From Elusimicrobiota bacterium (GTDB lineage Bacteria; Elusimicrobiota; Elusimicrobia; Elusimicrobiales; UBA9959), in contig JBAXKK010000059.1 in NCBI GenBank assembly GCA_037137395.1, positions 1 through 16,765 of the forward strand: a stretch of DNA of 16,765 bases. Reading direction: 5' to 3'. Made by a program: the position numbers and the translations under genes. Below are positions 7,961-16,252 of the stretch, one piece after another; the stretch's first letter is position 1; each line of letters starts with the position of its first letter. The notes under the pieces are model-generated. The model was given only the letters and a program-made list of their open reading frames with translations, had not been told where the DNA came from and did not search any database.

Positions 7961-10900
7961 ATGTCATCTGACAAACACCTTGTAAACATTAGGCAAATAT
8001 TTTCAGTACAATTCCTTACTTGCGTCCTGGCAGGCGTATTGTTGGGAGTGTTCTCCGCGCCCGCGGCGGCCGGCAAGCGCAAGGCGCCGGTCAGGCTGTC
8101 CCCGTTATCCGATTCGCTCAGAAAAACCGGAAAGGTCCCGGATTCCGCGGCCCGCGACGCGTTTCGCGGCTTCACAAAAAAAACAGGGACGGATGCCTGG
8201 CGCGTGCGGTACAGCCCTAAAACCGCTCTGCCGGAAGCCATTGTCGGCGCAAAAACTTCAAGATATCCCGGAACCCCTGCGCAAGCCGCCATCGCTTTTT
8301 TAAATGATAACAAGGATCTGCTTAAAGTTGATGTCACTCAGCTGCGCCAGGCTTATTCAAAAGTTTTCATGGGCGTCACGCATATCCAGTACGAGCAGAT
8401 CTATAACTCAATACCTGTAGAATTCGCCTACGTCAGAGTGCATATCAGCCCCTCAGGGGAGGTAACTGGTTACCAAGCTAAATTTGAGCCCGATATTAAT
8501 GTCCGGCTCTCTCCCGCGTTCCCCGCCTCTTACGCGGAAAGCGCCGTGCTTTCCGATCTGGGTTTTTCGGCGCGGATTACGGACCGGACTTTAGTACTTT
8601 TTCCTGACCAGACGGCAGACGGCGCTTTAAAACTGGCATGGAAGATACGCGCCCGAGCATCCGACACCGCAAGCGGCGTCTGGTTGTATTATGTCGGCGC
8701 AGAAGATGGCAAGATCCTTTTCCGTTATAATGACCTGCGCTACGCCTGCCCCGATAACACTAAATCCACCGGCACCGTGAAAGGGTCGGTCTACGCCATC
8801 TCACCGGCCCCGACCGACACCAGTCGCACCATAACGCGCGAATCCTGGACTCAGCCCGCGTCCAATATTCCTATCAACAATCAATATGTATGGGTCACAG
8901 GCGACCTGAGTTTTCCGACAAAGACTACCACCGCAGCCGGAGAATATTGCAGCGCGGCGGCCGGCAAGGTGTTCGCTTCGCTTAAGGGACCGTTTTTTTC
9001 CGTAGTCAACTTTCGCGGCCCAAGCGCCCATTTTGATAATGGAGGCGGATTGTGGCGTTCTGTTTCAACCGCGGTGACCAGCCCGATTCCCTACGCCAAT
9101 TCAAAGACCTATGATTACGCGGTCACCGTGCCTAATGACTGGTCCATTCAGGGCCAGGCTTTCGCGAAGGTGATGCCGCATTTTACGTCTTTCAGCGTGG
9201 GTGAGATGGGCATCGATGGGACCATTAATGATGCCGACCAGCTGAATGTAAAAAACGGAAATGATGTCGTCGCCAGCTATATCGGCACCAGAAGCCAGCC
9301 ATTTTTCGGCGCGGCAGTTGAAAACTCTTCTTACGGCCTGTCTCTTGAGACCGATGAGGCCGGTACGTTCAATGGTTTCTCAGTGGATGTATCAAGCTAC
9401 CTGGTCCTCGCAAACGCTCCTCTCGTTAGGAATAACGCCACCGGCTCCATAGTCTGGTCAACCGGTACGCCCGGAGTATTCATGGATAGCTTGCTGGGCG
9501 GCGTGGAAAACACTTTGGCGGAAGTTAACGCGTTTTATCACCTGAATGCGGCTTACGATTATTTTAAATTAGTAAACCTTGGCCCCGGCGGCCCGTTCGC
9601 CGATCTTTCATCCAACCAGGTGCCTGTTATGGTTCACGCGCATGGCACGGCGGACAACATCGCGGAAGCGGGGGGGATGGAGAACGCGTTTTACGATCTG
9701 GAAAAGGACAATATCTTTCTGGGCGACGGGCCGATGATAGACGGCAGCTACAGATCTTTTGCCCTAGACGGGACCATTATCCGCCACGAGTATATCCACC
9801 GGGTGGTAAATAGGATCTATCCCATTATAAACTTCGGCGAGTTCGGAGCTGTTTCCGAAGCGATGGCTGACTATTTCTCGCTGGCTTCATTTAAACAGGC
9901 GGGCACGCTTACGCCTGAGGGCGGCGTCCTGAATGTGCTCGGCAACTTCGTGGGCGGCGGTGGAGAAGGCATGGCCAGGGATCTGTCCGGCGCGTCTAAA
10001 TCCATGCCGACGGATTGGACCGGAGAAGTGCATGATGATAGTTTGATCCTGTCGCAAACTCTGTGGCAGTTGAAGGACATGGGTAGTTTCAGCGCTATCA
10101 GCGCTTTCCCGAACATGCCAAAAGCTGATGTGTTCACCTACGCGGCGCTCTTCTATTTCCCCGATAATTTCGCGAATTTTTACGATGCATTTGTCGAAGC
10201 CTGCAAACTTCTGGACGCCGGCTGCACCGTGAAAGCGCAAATTGACGCCGCTTTTACAGCGCACGGGATTCCAGCCTATAGCGGAGCGGGCGATACTTAC
10301 GACCAGCCCGTTACCGGCACATTATGCGACAATAATAACGGCCCCGAATGCGCCACCGATGTGAGCACGATGACAGCGCTGTCGGCCACTGTCTATCCGG
10401 CAGGCGATGTCGACTATTATTCCATCCCGCTCCAAGAGGGGAATTTTACAGCCGTTTTGAGCATGCCCGCAACAGCTAACCCTGATTATTACTCTCCTTA
10501 CACGTTGTTTCTCATAGATGCGGACCGTAACCTGGTCACTTACCCCGACGGCAGCGAAGCGCTTGTCACGCCGACAATATCCAACAGCTATACCGACTTC
10601 TGCGAGGATGAGAATTGCATCACCGATTCTTCAACCGTTTCGCTCACTTACTCTATAACAAATCCGGGCAGATATTACATTGGCGTGTCCGGCGCCCTCG
10701 GCATGTATTCAGGCAACTCCAGGGTCGCGTCTCTCCTGCCCTATTCCCTTCAATTATCCTACGCTCCCAAAGGCTCAGCTTCCGCAAGCATGAATACAGC
10801 TAAATATGATCAGGATATTATAAGTTTCACCGTGCCCTACACAAACTTCCCCGTCACCGTCGCGCCCTCTTCCTCCACGCTTACTGGAGCCGAATCGGTT

Positions 10901-11464
10901 TTCGCGTACGCCCAGCTGCGCGATCATAATTTTCAGCCGATAGCTTTGGCCCGCACTGATTACACACCTGCTTCCGGCAGACTTCTTTCAGTTCCATCCC
11001 TACCCTCCAAGTCCTCTGATCACCTCGGCAGGCCGATTTTATCCGGTACGGTCAGCCTTAACTCTGGATTCGCCCTCCGCTATCCCGGAGTAGGCACGGT
11101 ATACCTTGAGGTCTTCGGGCGAAACCATATGGGAAGCGTGATGTCGCTGGGCGTTTCCAACGCGATTAATCTCACCGCGAATAAGTCCGATATTATCGCC
11201 TACAATAATATCCTGACGGGAACCGGCGACCGCGCCCTGATAAAATATGAGCTTCAGACCGCCGGAGAACTGACCATTAAGATTTACACCGTCACCGGCT
11301 CCTTGGTTAAAACACTATTTTCAGGAGGCGTAAGTGCCGGCAAGGGCACTATAGACTGGGACGGGACCAACAACAACGGCGCCAAGGTGGCCAGCGGCAT
11401 CTATTACATAAAAGGAGTTGGTCCGGGGCTGGACGCGGTAGACAAGATAGCTGTCGTACGATAA
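7961..11464 (+). CDS. Secreted M4/M36-like zinc metallopeptidase: FTP and PepSY-like propeptide, CUB-like insert, PPC-like domain, C-terminal FlgD-Ig/T9SS-CTD-like domain
   Basis: Signal peptide ending SAPAAA; FTP-like THIQYEQIYNSIPVE; PepSY-like LAWKI..WLYYVGAEDGKIL; NAFY; HEYIH (9785-9799) with Glu of SEAMAD 20 residues after the second His; EVHDDS; GDVDYY; tail IKIYTVTGSLVKTL..WDGTNNNGAKVASGIYYIK..KIAVVR. Start codon uncertain (no clear RBS). Confidence 0.85.
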   Translation: MSSDKHLVNIRQIFSVQFLTCVLAGVLLGVFSAPAAAGKRKAPVRLSPLSDSLRKTGKVPDSAARDAFRGFTKKTGTDAWRVRYSPKTALPEAIVGAKTSRYPGTPAQAAIAFLNDNKDLLKVDVTQLRQAYSKVFMGVTHIQYEQIYNSIPVEFAYVRVHISPSGEVTGYQAKFEPDINVRLSPAFPASYAESAVLSDLGFSARITDRTLVLFPDQTADGALKLAWKIRARASDTASGVWLYYVGAEDGKILFRYNDLRYACPDNTKSTGTVKGSVYAISPAPTDTSRTITRESWTQPASNIPINNQYVWVTGDLSFPTKTTTAAGEYCSAAAGKVFASLKGPFFSVVNFRGPSAHFDNGGGLWRSVSTAVTSPIPYANSKTYDYAVTVPNDWSIQGQAFAKVMPHFTSFSVGEMGIDGTINDADQLNVKNGNDVVASYIGTRSQPFFGAAVENSSYGLSLETDEAGTFNGFSVDVSSYLVLANAPLVRNNATGSIVWSTGTPGVFMDSLLGGVENTLAEVNAFYHLNAAYDYFKLVNLGPGGPFADLSSNQVPVMVHAHGTADNIAEAGGMENAFYDLEKDNIFLGDGPMIDGSYRSFALDGTIIRHEYIHRVVNRIYPIINFGEFGAVSEAMADYFSLASFKQAGTLTPEGGVLNVLGNFVGGGGEGMARDLSGASKSMPTDWTGEVHDDSLILSQTLWQLKDMGSFSAISAFPNMPKADVFTYAALFYFPDNFANFYDAFVEACKLLDAGCTVKAQIDAAFTAHGIPAYSGAGDTYDQPVTGTLCDNNNGPECATDVSTMTALSATVYPAGDVDYYSIPLQEGNFTAVLSMPATANPDYYSPYTLFLIDADRNLVTYPDGSEALVTPTISNSYTDFCEDENCITDSSTVSLTYSITNPGRYYIGVSGALGMYSGNSRVASLLPYSLQLSYAPKGSASASMNTAKYDQDIISFTVPYTNFPVTVAPSSSTLTGAESVFAYAQLRDHNFQPIALARTDYTPASGRLLSVPSLPSKSSDHLGRPILSGTVSLNSGFALRYPGVGTVYLEVFGRNHMGSVMSLGVSNAINLTANKSDIIAYNNILTGTGDRALIKYELQTAGELTIKIYTVTGSLVKTLFSGGVSAGKGTIDWDGTNNNGAKVASGIYYIKGVGPGLDAVDKIAVVR

Positions 11465-11495
11465 GTGGTTAGTGATGAGTGAATAGTAGTTAGTA
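11464..11495 (+). repeat. Degenerate heptamer tandem repeat (AGTGGTT family), solo arm
   Basis: agtggtt agtgatg agtgaat agtagtt agta; AGT recurs every 7 nt, starting at the last base of the peptidase stop codon. Confidence 0.7.
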
Positions 11496-11523
11496 AAAAG
11501 CGATAACAGAGCAGACTGATTTT

Positions 11524-12708
11524 ATGAATATCTTAAAGCATAACAGAAAGCGCGCTCTTGTCTGGGTGTTTCTGTTTGCTTTTACCCTGGTCCCTAACCC
11601 CTACACCCTATCCCCTGCCTTCTCCGGCGGACCCGGCTCTGCCAGCGTGCAGATACTAAAGACTGATATGAGCCCCCGGGCTATGGGGATGGGCGGAAGT
11701 TTCGTCGCGGTGGCTGACGATATTTACGCCACTAATTACAATCCCGCCGGCATCGGTCAGCTTTATATCCCCGAAGCGTCGGCAATGTACCTCTCCGGAT
11801 TTGAGGATTCAAAACTCCAATATCTGGCCTTCGGAATGCCGCTTCCCATGACAGGTCTCGCCGGATTGGATAAACCTGGACTGGCATTTTCAGCGCTTTT
11901 CTCCCAGAACGGCGACTTCACTTATCGCTTAATTAACCCCAACGGAACAGTGTCTTCGTCCAATATGGACGCTGAAACCACCAGGGTCTTCGCCTTAACC
12001 TACGGCGAGAAGGTATATTCCGGCGAGATGAACCTGGAAGGCTACAAAGCGACATTTGAACAATATTTGGGCCTTTCAGCCAAGTATATCGGGTCTGAAC
12101 TCCTGGGAAAATATTCCGCCTCCGCTTTCGCCGCAGACGCCGGATGGCTGGTAAGAGAACCGAATCTGGGCCTCACTTTCGGCGCGGCGCTTTCAAATTA
12201 CGGCACCGGCATTAAATACCGCACCAAGACCGAAGCGCTTCCTTCTATCCTGCGGCTTGGCCTTTCGTACCAGCGGCCCACTATCCTGGACCAATCCGTT
12301 CTGCTGTCGCTTGAGAGCGACTCACATATGAATGAGAGCCTCAAAAGTTTGCGGGCGGGGCTGGAATACCATTTTGAAAAGTATTTTAATTTCCGCTTAG
12401 GCTACAAGACTATGGAGGATAATAGCGGTATGACTATGGGGCTTGGCATACGGCACGAAGGCTTCGCCCTTGACTTCGCCATGTCGCTGGCCAACGAGGT
12501 TTTCAACACTTCGCAGGTCTCTTTTTCCTACAAGTTCACCAATTGGCGCCCGGTCGAGTATAAGAAGAGCACCCAGTACCGCGACCAGGAAGAGGTCAGA
12601 CCCCAGCCGAGAAAGGCTGTTAAACCCGCTAAAAAAGTGCCGGCCAAACCAAGAAAATCCGACAACATTCCCGCCAATAAGGATTCCGACTTTTTCATGT
12701 TGTACTGA
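11524..12708 (+). CDS. PorV/PorQ-like (FadL-fold/UPF0164-like) outer-membrane beta-barrel protein
   Basis: Signal peptide, then SPRAMGMGGSFVAVADDIYATNYNPAGI (family N-terminal motif), alternating beta-strands (AFAADAG, LPSILRLG, RAGLEY, FRLGY, QVSFSYKF) and a Lys/Pro-rich tail. Confidence 0.8.
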   Translation: MNILKHNRKRALVWVFLFAFTLVPNPYTLSPAFSGGPGSASVQILKTDMSPRAMGMGGSFVAVADDIYATNYNPAGIGQLYIPEASAMYLSGFEDSKLQYLAFGMPLPMTGLAGLDKPGLAFSALFSQNGDFTYRLINPNGTVSSSNMDAETTRVFALTYGEKVYSGEMNLEGYKATFEQYLGLSAKYIGSELLGKYSASAFAADAGWLVREPNLGLTFGAALSNYGTGIKYRTKTEALPSILRLGLSYQRPTILDQSVLLSLESDSHMNESLKSLRAGLEYHFEKYFNFRLGYKTMEDNSGMTMGLGIRHEGFALDFAMSLANEVFNTSQVSFSYKFTNWRPVEYKKSTQYRDQEEVRPQPRKAVKPAKKVPAKPRKSDNIPANKDSDFFMLY

Positions 12709-12763
12709 TCCGAAAAAATCAGGTGTATTCCCCGGACAAGGACCAACTCTTCCTTCCGGGCAT

Positions 12764-12792
12764 TTGACACTTGAAATTCCTTGTTATAGAAT
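12764..12792 (+). promoter_or_regulatory. Strong sigma70-type promoter for the lipoprotein genes
   Basis: TTGACA (12764-12769), 17-nt spacer, TAGAAT (12787-12792); AAGGAG RBS ahead of ATG 12841. Confidence 0.8.
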
Positions 12793-12840
12793 AGAGATAA
12801 TGGGACGCCCAAGTGTCCCCTCATTAAGGAGAGCATTAAT

Positions 12841-13290
12841 ATGAAAAAGACTTTACTGCTGGTGGTTGTGTCGCTGTTAGCTTGGGGGTGTTCGTCCACG
12901 AATCAGAAAGGAACCGTTTCGGATAAGGGTGAGATAGAGCGGGAATGGGTTGAAGAAGGCGTCACCAAAAACTTTGTATTCGCCCGCGGTATCGGCGCCG
13001 CCGATCAGACCCTTGAGAACAAGACGCAGCGCATGGCGACCTCCAGAAACGCCTCAATAGTCAACGGCCAGTACAATATGCTTTCCTTCATCAAAGGCGT
13101 CAGCCTGGAAGGCGGTATAACCGTTGAAAAAGCGATAGAAACTGACTCCGTGCTCGCCACCAAGATCGAATCCGTCATCAAAGGCGCCCAGGTCGTAAGG
13201 ACCGAGTGGACCAGCGACGACGGTTGCGTGATCGTTCTCAGGCTTTCCAAAAAGGCCCTGAAGGAAGCCGGCCTTAAAATAGTTGACTGA
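12841..13290 (+). CDS. Lipoprotein, LPP20/FlgP-like
   Basis: Lipobox LAWGC. The FVFARGIGA..RMATSRNASIV..IKGV..IESVIKGAQVVRTEW pattern resembles LPP20-family proteins (family call by recognition only). Confidence 0.65.
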   Translation: MKKTLLLVVVSLLAWGCSSTNQKGTVSDKGEIEREWVEEGVTKNFVFARGIGAADQTLENKTQRMATSRNASIVNGQYNMLSFIKGVSLEGGITVEKAIETDSVLATKIESVIKGAQVVRTEWTSDDGCVIVLRLSKKALKEAGLKIVD

Positions 13291-13350
13291 TAACAGGGCG
13301 CCGCGAAAATCATTATTTGCCCTGTGCTTTACAAGGAAGTTCGCTTACGG

Positions 13351-13386
13351 TTTCTGCGTATGGCCAATGGCATACGGCAAATGGCA
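13351..13386 (+). repeat. Solo copy of the GCCATWW-family heptamer arm
   Basis: gcgtatggccaatggcatacggcaaatggc (13356-13385) matches 7860-7889 at 28/30; 13351-13386 matches the reverse complement of 7800-7835 at 32/36. Confidence 0.85.
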
Positions 13387-13404
13387 TTTGTCTGGAGCAC
13401 ATAG

Positions 13405-14469
13405 ATGAAACATTACACCCGCATATTCGCTTCTCTTTTGGCCGCCATGCTGTTGGCCGGCTGCTCCGCCACGCGCAAGTCGACGTTAAATAGCGCGTAC
13501 GAAACCGAGGTGGTGGAAGCCGAGGGCATAGCCCCAGTGGTAAACGGCGATCTTGACGGCGCCCGGAAAACATCCCTGCATGAAGCGATGAAGAACGCTC
13601 TGGGCCTTGTAGTCGGAATCTATGTTTCCCAGGAAGCGATGGTCTCAAAAGCCATACTAATAGATGACACTATAACCTCTCAGACCGAAGGCTATATAGA
13701 GAAGTATGAAACTCTTAAGGAAACCCGGGACGGGGACTTCTATAAAACTAAGATACGGGCGCATGTGCGCAAGGAAGATATCACGGCCAAGCTTAGGAAG
13801 CTTGAGAGCGAGCCGCAGAAGCTTGGCAATCCGGTCATAGGCTTTGATATCTCCGAGAGCGTGGACGGGAAAGTTCAGGAGACGGAATACGCTGCCCTGG
13901 AGCTTAAGAGCAGGTTTTCTGAAGCGGGGTTTATGACGGGGGAAAAAGACAAGGCCGATATTCTCATTAAAGGCTCAGCCAAGTCGGATTTTAATACGCG
14001 TGAGGGCCTCGGGGGATTTATTTCCTACAGAGCCGGTCTTTCCGTCAGCGCGGTTAAGCAGGGGTCAGGCGAGACACTGGCCTCGCTTCAAGAAACGGCC
14101 GGTGGCATAGATCTCAACGAACCTTCCGCAGCGCGCGCGGCCATAATTAATTCCGCTAAAAAAGCCGGCGACGATCTTAAGGAGCGCGTCCTTAAGGCGC
14201 TGCGCGAAAAATCCGTGGTGCGGGTCGTTCTTTCCAAAGTTGAAAGTATGAACCAATTGAGCGATTTCTTAAAGTCGGTCAGGAATATTCCGTTGGTTCG
14301 TGACTGCTGGCTGAGAAACATGTCCGGCGACACCGCCGCGCTGGATATCGGGTTAAGGAAGGGGAACGCTTCGGATCTGTCCCAGCTCCTTATGAAAAAC
14401 CAAAAATTTCCGCTCAAGATAAACCGGACTTCATCTTACGACCTTGAAGCTGAACTATCCAAGCCGTAA
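13405..14469 (+). CDS. Lipoprotein with FlgT N-terminal-like domain
   Basis: Lipobox LLAGC; GGAG RBS. VEAEGIAPVVNGDLDGARKTSLHEAMKNAL..VGIYVSQE..TEGYIEKYE resembles FlgT_N/LPP20-fold domains. Confidence 0.65.
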   Translation: MKHYTRIFASLLAAMLLAGCSATRKSTLNSAYETEVVEAEGIAPVVNGDLDGARKTSLHEAMKNALGLVVGIYVSQEAMVSKAILIDDTITSQTEGYIEKYETLKETRDGDFYKTKIRAHVRKEDITAKLRKLESEPQKLGNPVIGFDISESVDGKVQETEYAALELKSRFSEAGFMTGEKDKADILIKGSAKSDFNTREGLGGFISYRAGLSVSAVKQGSGETLASLQETAGGIDLNEPSAARAAIINSAKKAGDDLKERVLKALREKSVVRVVLSKVESMNQLSDFLKSVRNIPLVRDCWLRNMSGDTAALDIGLRKGNASDLSQLLMKNQKFPLKINRTSSYDLEAELSKP

Positions 14470-14544
14470 AGCGTGAGTCGGGAAACGGGAAGAGTGAGTA
14501 ACGCGACAAAATCGTTCGAACTCCTCCCTCTTTGCGCTTCACGA

Positions 14545-15288
14545 TTATTTCCGCTTATTAAGCTTTTCCAGCCTGCGGATCTCCAGATCCTGTAACTTTT
14601 TTTGCCTGCCCTGAAGAAACTCATCAATAAACCCGTCTCTTGCAGCCATTTTTGCGCGAAGATTTTCGGCGTATTTTTTGAGTTTTAGGTAACGGCGTTT
14701 CTCAGCTTTCATCAACACCGAAAATCGGGGAGTGACCCGCACATCCGTGTCCAACCCTGCCAGAGCTTCGCTGCCTGCGGAGAGGACAGTTTCCCTGCCG
14801 TTGCTTTGAATATCCAGTTGTCCTTCAAAAAGACCGATATCGGACGTGGCGGACGAGACCGCTATTGAAAAATCCGTGCCCCGGACAGCGCAGACAGCAG
14901 AGGGCGTTCTGATCTCAAACCTTGAGGCCTTACGCTTAATCTTAGCCGCCAGCCACAGAATCCTGCCTCTTATGAAATTAAAGCCATACTCGCGCGTGTC
15001 GGCATTAAATCTGAGCGTTTCCACCACGGTCTCAGAGTTTTCGTAGAGATATATAAAAGTCCCGTCGCCGGCCAATATCTCACATACGGCCCCGGCACCG
15101 GTCTTTATGCGGGTTCCTTCTCTGAGGGGGACCGCGCTCTTAAGACTGTGCCAGGCCACGGCCCCTGGTTCCAAAAGCTGAACGTCTCCCGCGTATTTGT
15201 AGATGCAGGCCGTCGAGGAAGGCCCGTCGGCCGCGCTGACGGCCCCGCAAGTCATCGCAAGGATAAAAACAGCCAGCAGAGTTTTCAT
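14545..15288 (-). CDS. Secreted FecR-domain protein
   Basis: Signal peptide; GTRIKTGAGAVCEI..DGTFIYLYENSE and FEIRTPSAVCAVRGTDF motifs; basic helical C-terminus. Confidence 0.85.
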   Translation of the reverse strand: MKTLLAVFILAMTCGAVSAADGPSSTACIYKYAGDVQLLEPGAVAWHSLKSAVPLREGTRIKTGAGAVCEILAGDGTFIYLYENSETVVETLRFNADTREYGFNFIRGRILWLAAKIKRKASRFEIRTPSAVCAVRGTDFSIAVSSATSDIGLFEGQLDIQSNGRETVLSAGSEALAGLDTDVRVTPRFSVLMKAEKRRYLKLKKYAENLRAKMAARDGFIDEFLQGRQKKLQDLEIRRLEKLNKRK

Positions 15289-15370
15289 GACACCCCCATG
15301 CCTATTTCGTCAAATAGTAAATCTTTTCTTAACAACTAAAATATACAATATATATGGAATGTAATAAATT

Positions 15371-16252
15371 ATGTCTTATTTCTTTATCATAAATCCTACC
15401 GCCGGCAAGGGGCATGGCGCGAGCCTGTCGGAACGCGTAACAGCGTTTTTCAGAGGGCGAAACATTCATTTTGAGATCGCCTTGACACGACATAAAGGAC
15501 ACGGCCGGGAACTCGCGCGCAGAGCGGTCATTGCCGGCTTCTCTAACATCGTGGCCGTAGGCGGCGACGGAACGATCCGGGAAGCGGCCGAACCCATAAT
15601 AGGTAAAGATGTAACACTGTGCATACTGCCGTCCGGCTCCGGGAACGGTCTGGCCCGCAATCTGGATATTCCCCTGAAGCAAGATGAAGCGCTCAAAGGT
15701 CTTTTGGCGTGGGCTCCGAGGAAGATAGACGTCGGACTCGCCAATGGGCGCCCCTTTTTCTGCGCGGCCGGAGTGGGGCTGGACGCGGAGGTCGCCAGGG
15801 TCTTCAACACCCGTTTGGGCGGCCGGCGGGGAATATTCCCATATGTCTATCACGCGGCCCTGACTTTTTTTAGGTATTCTCCGGCGGCTATCGCCGTGAC
15901 TATGAACGGCCGCCGCCGCACCTTTTCCCCGATGGTCGTAGCGGTCCTCAATGGCCGGCAGTACGGCGGGGGCGCCAAGATCGCGCCGAACGCGTGCATT
16001 GACGATGGCCTGTTGAATCTTATAGTGGTTAAGAAATCCGGAGTTTTAAGGACGCTGCTCGCCGTGCCTGATCTCTTCAACGGAAAGTTTCTCAGACATA
16101 CTGATATCGTAACCACGGATGTCTCCGGGATCATAGAGATAAGTTGCCCGCCGGGAGCGCCCTATCATCTCGACGGAGAGGATTTTACCGGTGACGGCAC
16201 GCTTAAAATTTCGGTTCTTCATCACGCCCTCAGCGTCAGAGCTCCCAAATGA
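15371..16252 (+). CDS. Diacylglycerol kinase family lipid kinase (YegS/BmrU-like)
   Basis: IINPTAGKG, VAVGGDGTI, LPSGSGNGLAR, GVGLDA, YGGG, DDGLL and HLDGE motifs. Confidence 0.93.
   Translation: MSYFFIINPTAGKGHGASLSERVTAFFRGRNIHFEIALTRHKGHGRELARRAVIAGFSNIVAVGGDGTIREAAEPIIGKDVTLCILPSGSGNGLARNLDIPLKQDEALKGLLAWAPRKIDVGLANGRPFFCAAGVGLDAEVARVFNTRLGGRRGIFPYVYHAALTFFRYSPAAIAVTMNGRRRTFSPMVVAVLNGRQYGGGAKIAPNACIDDGLLNLIVVKKSGVLRTLLAVPDLFNGKFLRHTDIVTTDVSGIIEISCPPGAPYHLDGEDFTGDGTLKISVLHHALSVRAPK

Noticed and set aside
7771..8337. 188-aa minus-strand ORF
   Set aside because: Antisense to the peptidase 5' end; its C-terminus is translated heptamer repeat.
12731..12765. Hairpin cccgg..aagga / tcctt.ccggg as an intrinsic terminator after the barrel gene
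   Set aside because: The stem is bulged and the U-tract is poor (cattt); possible but not supportable.
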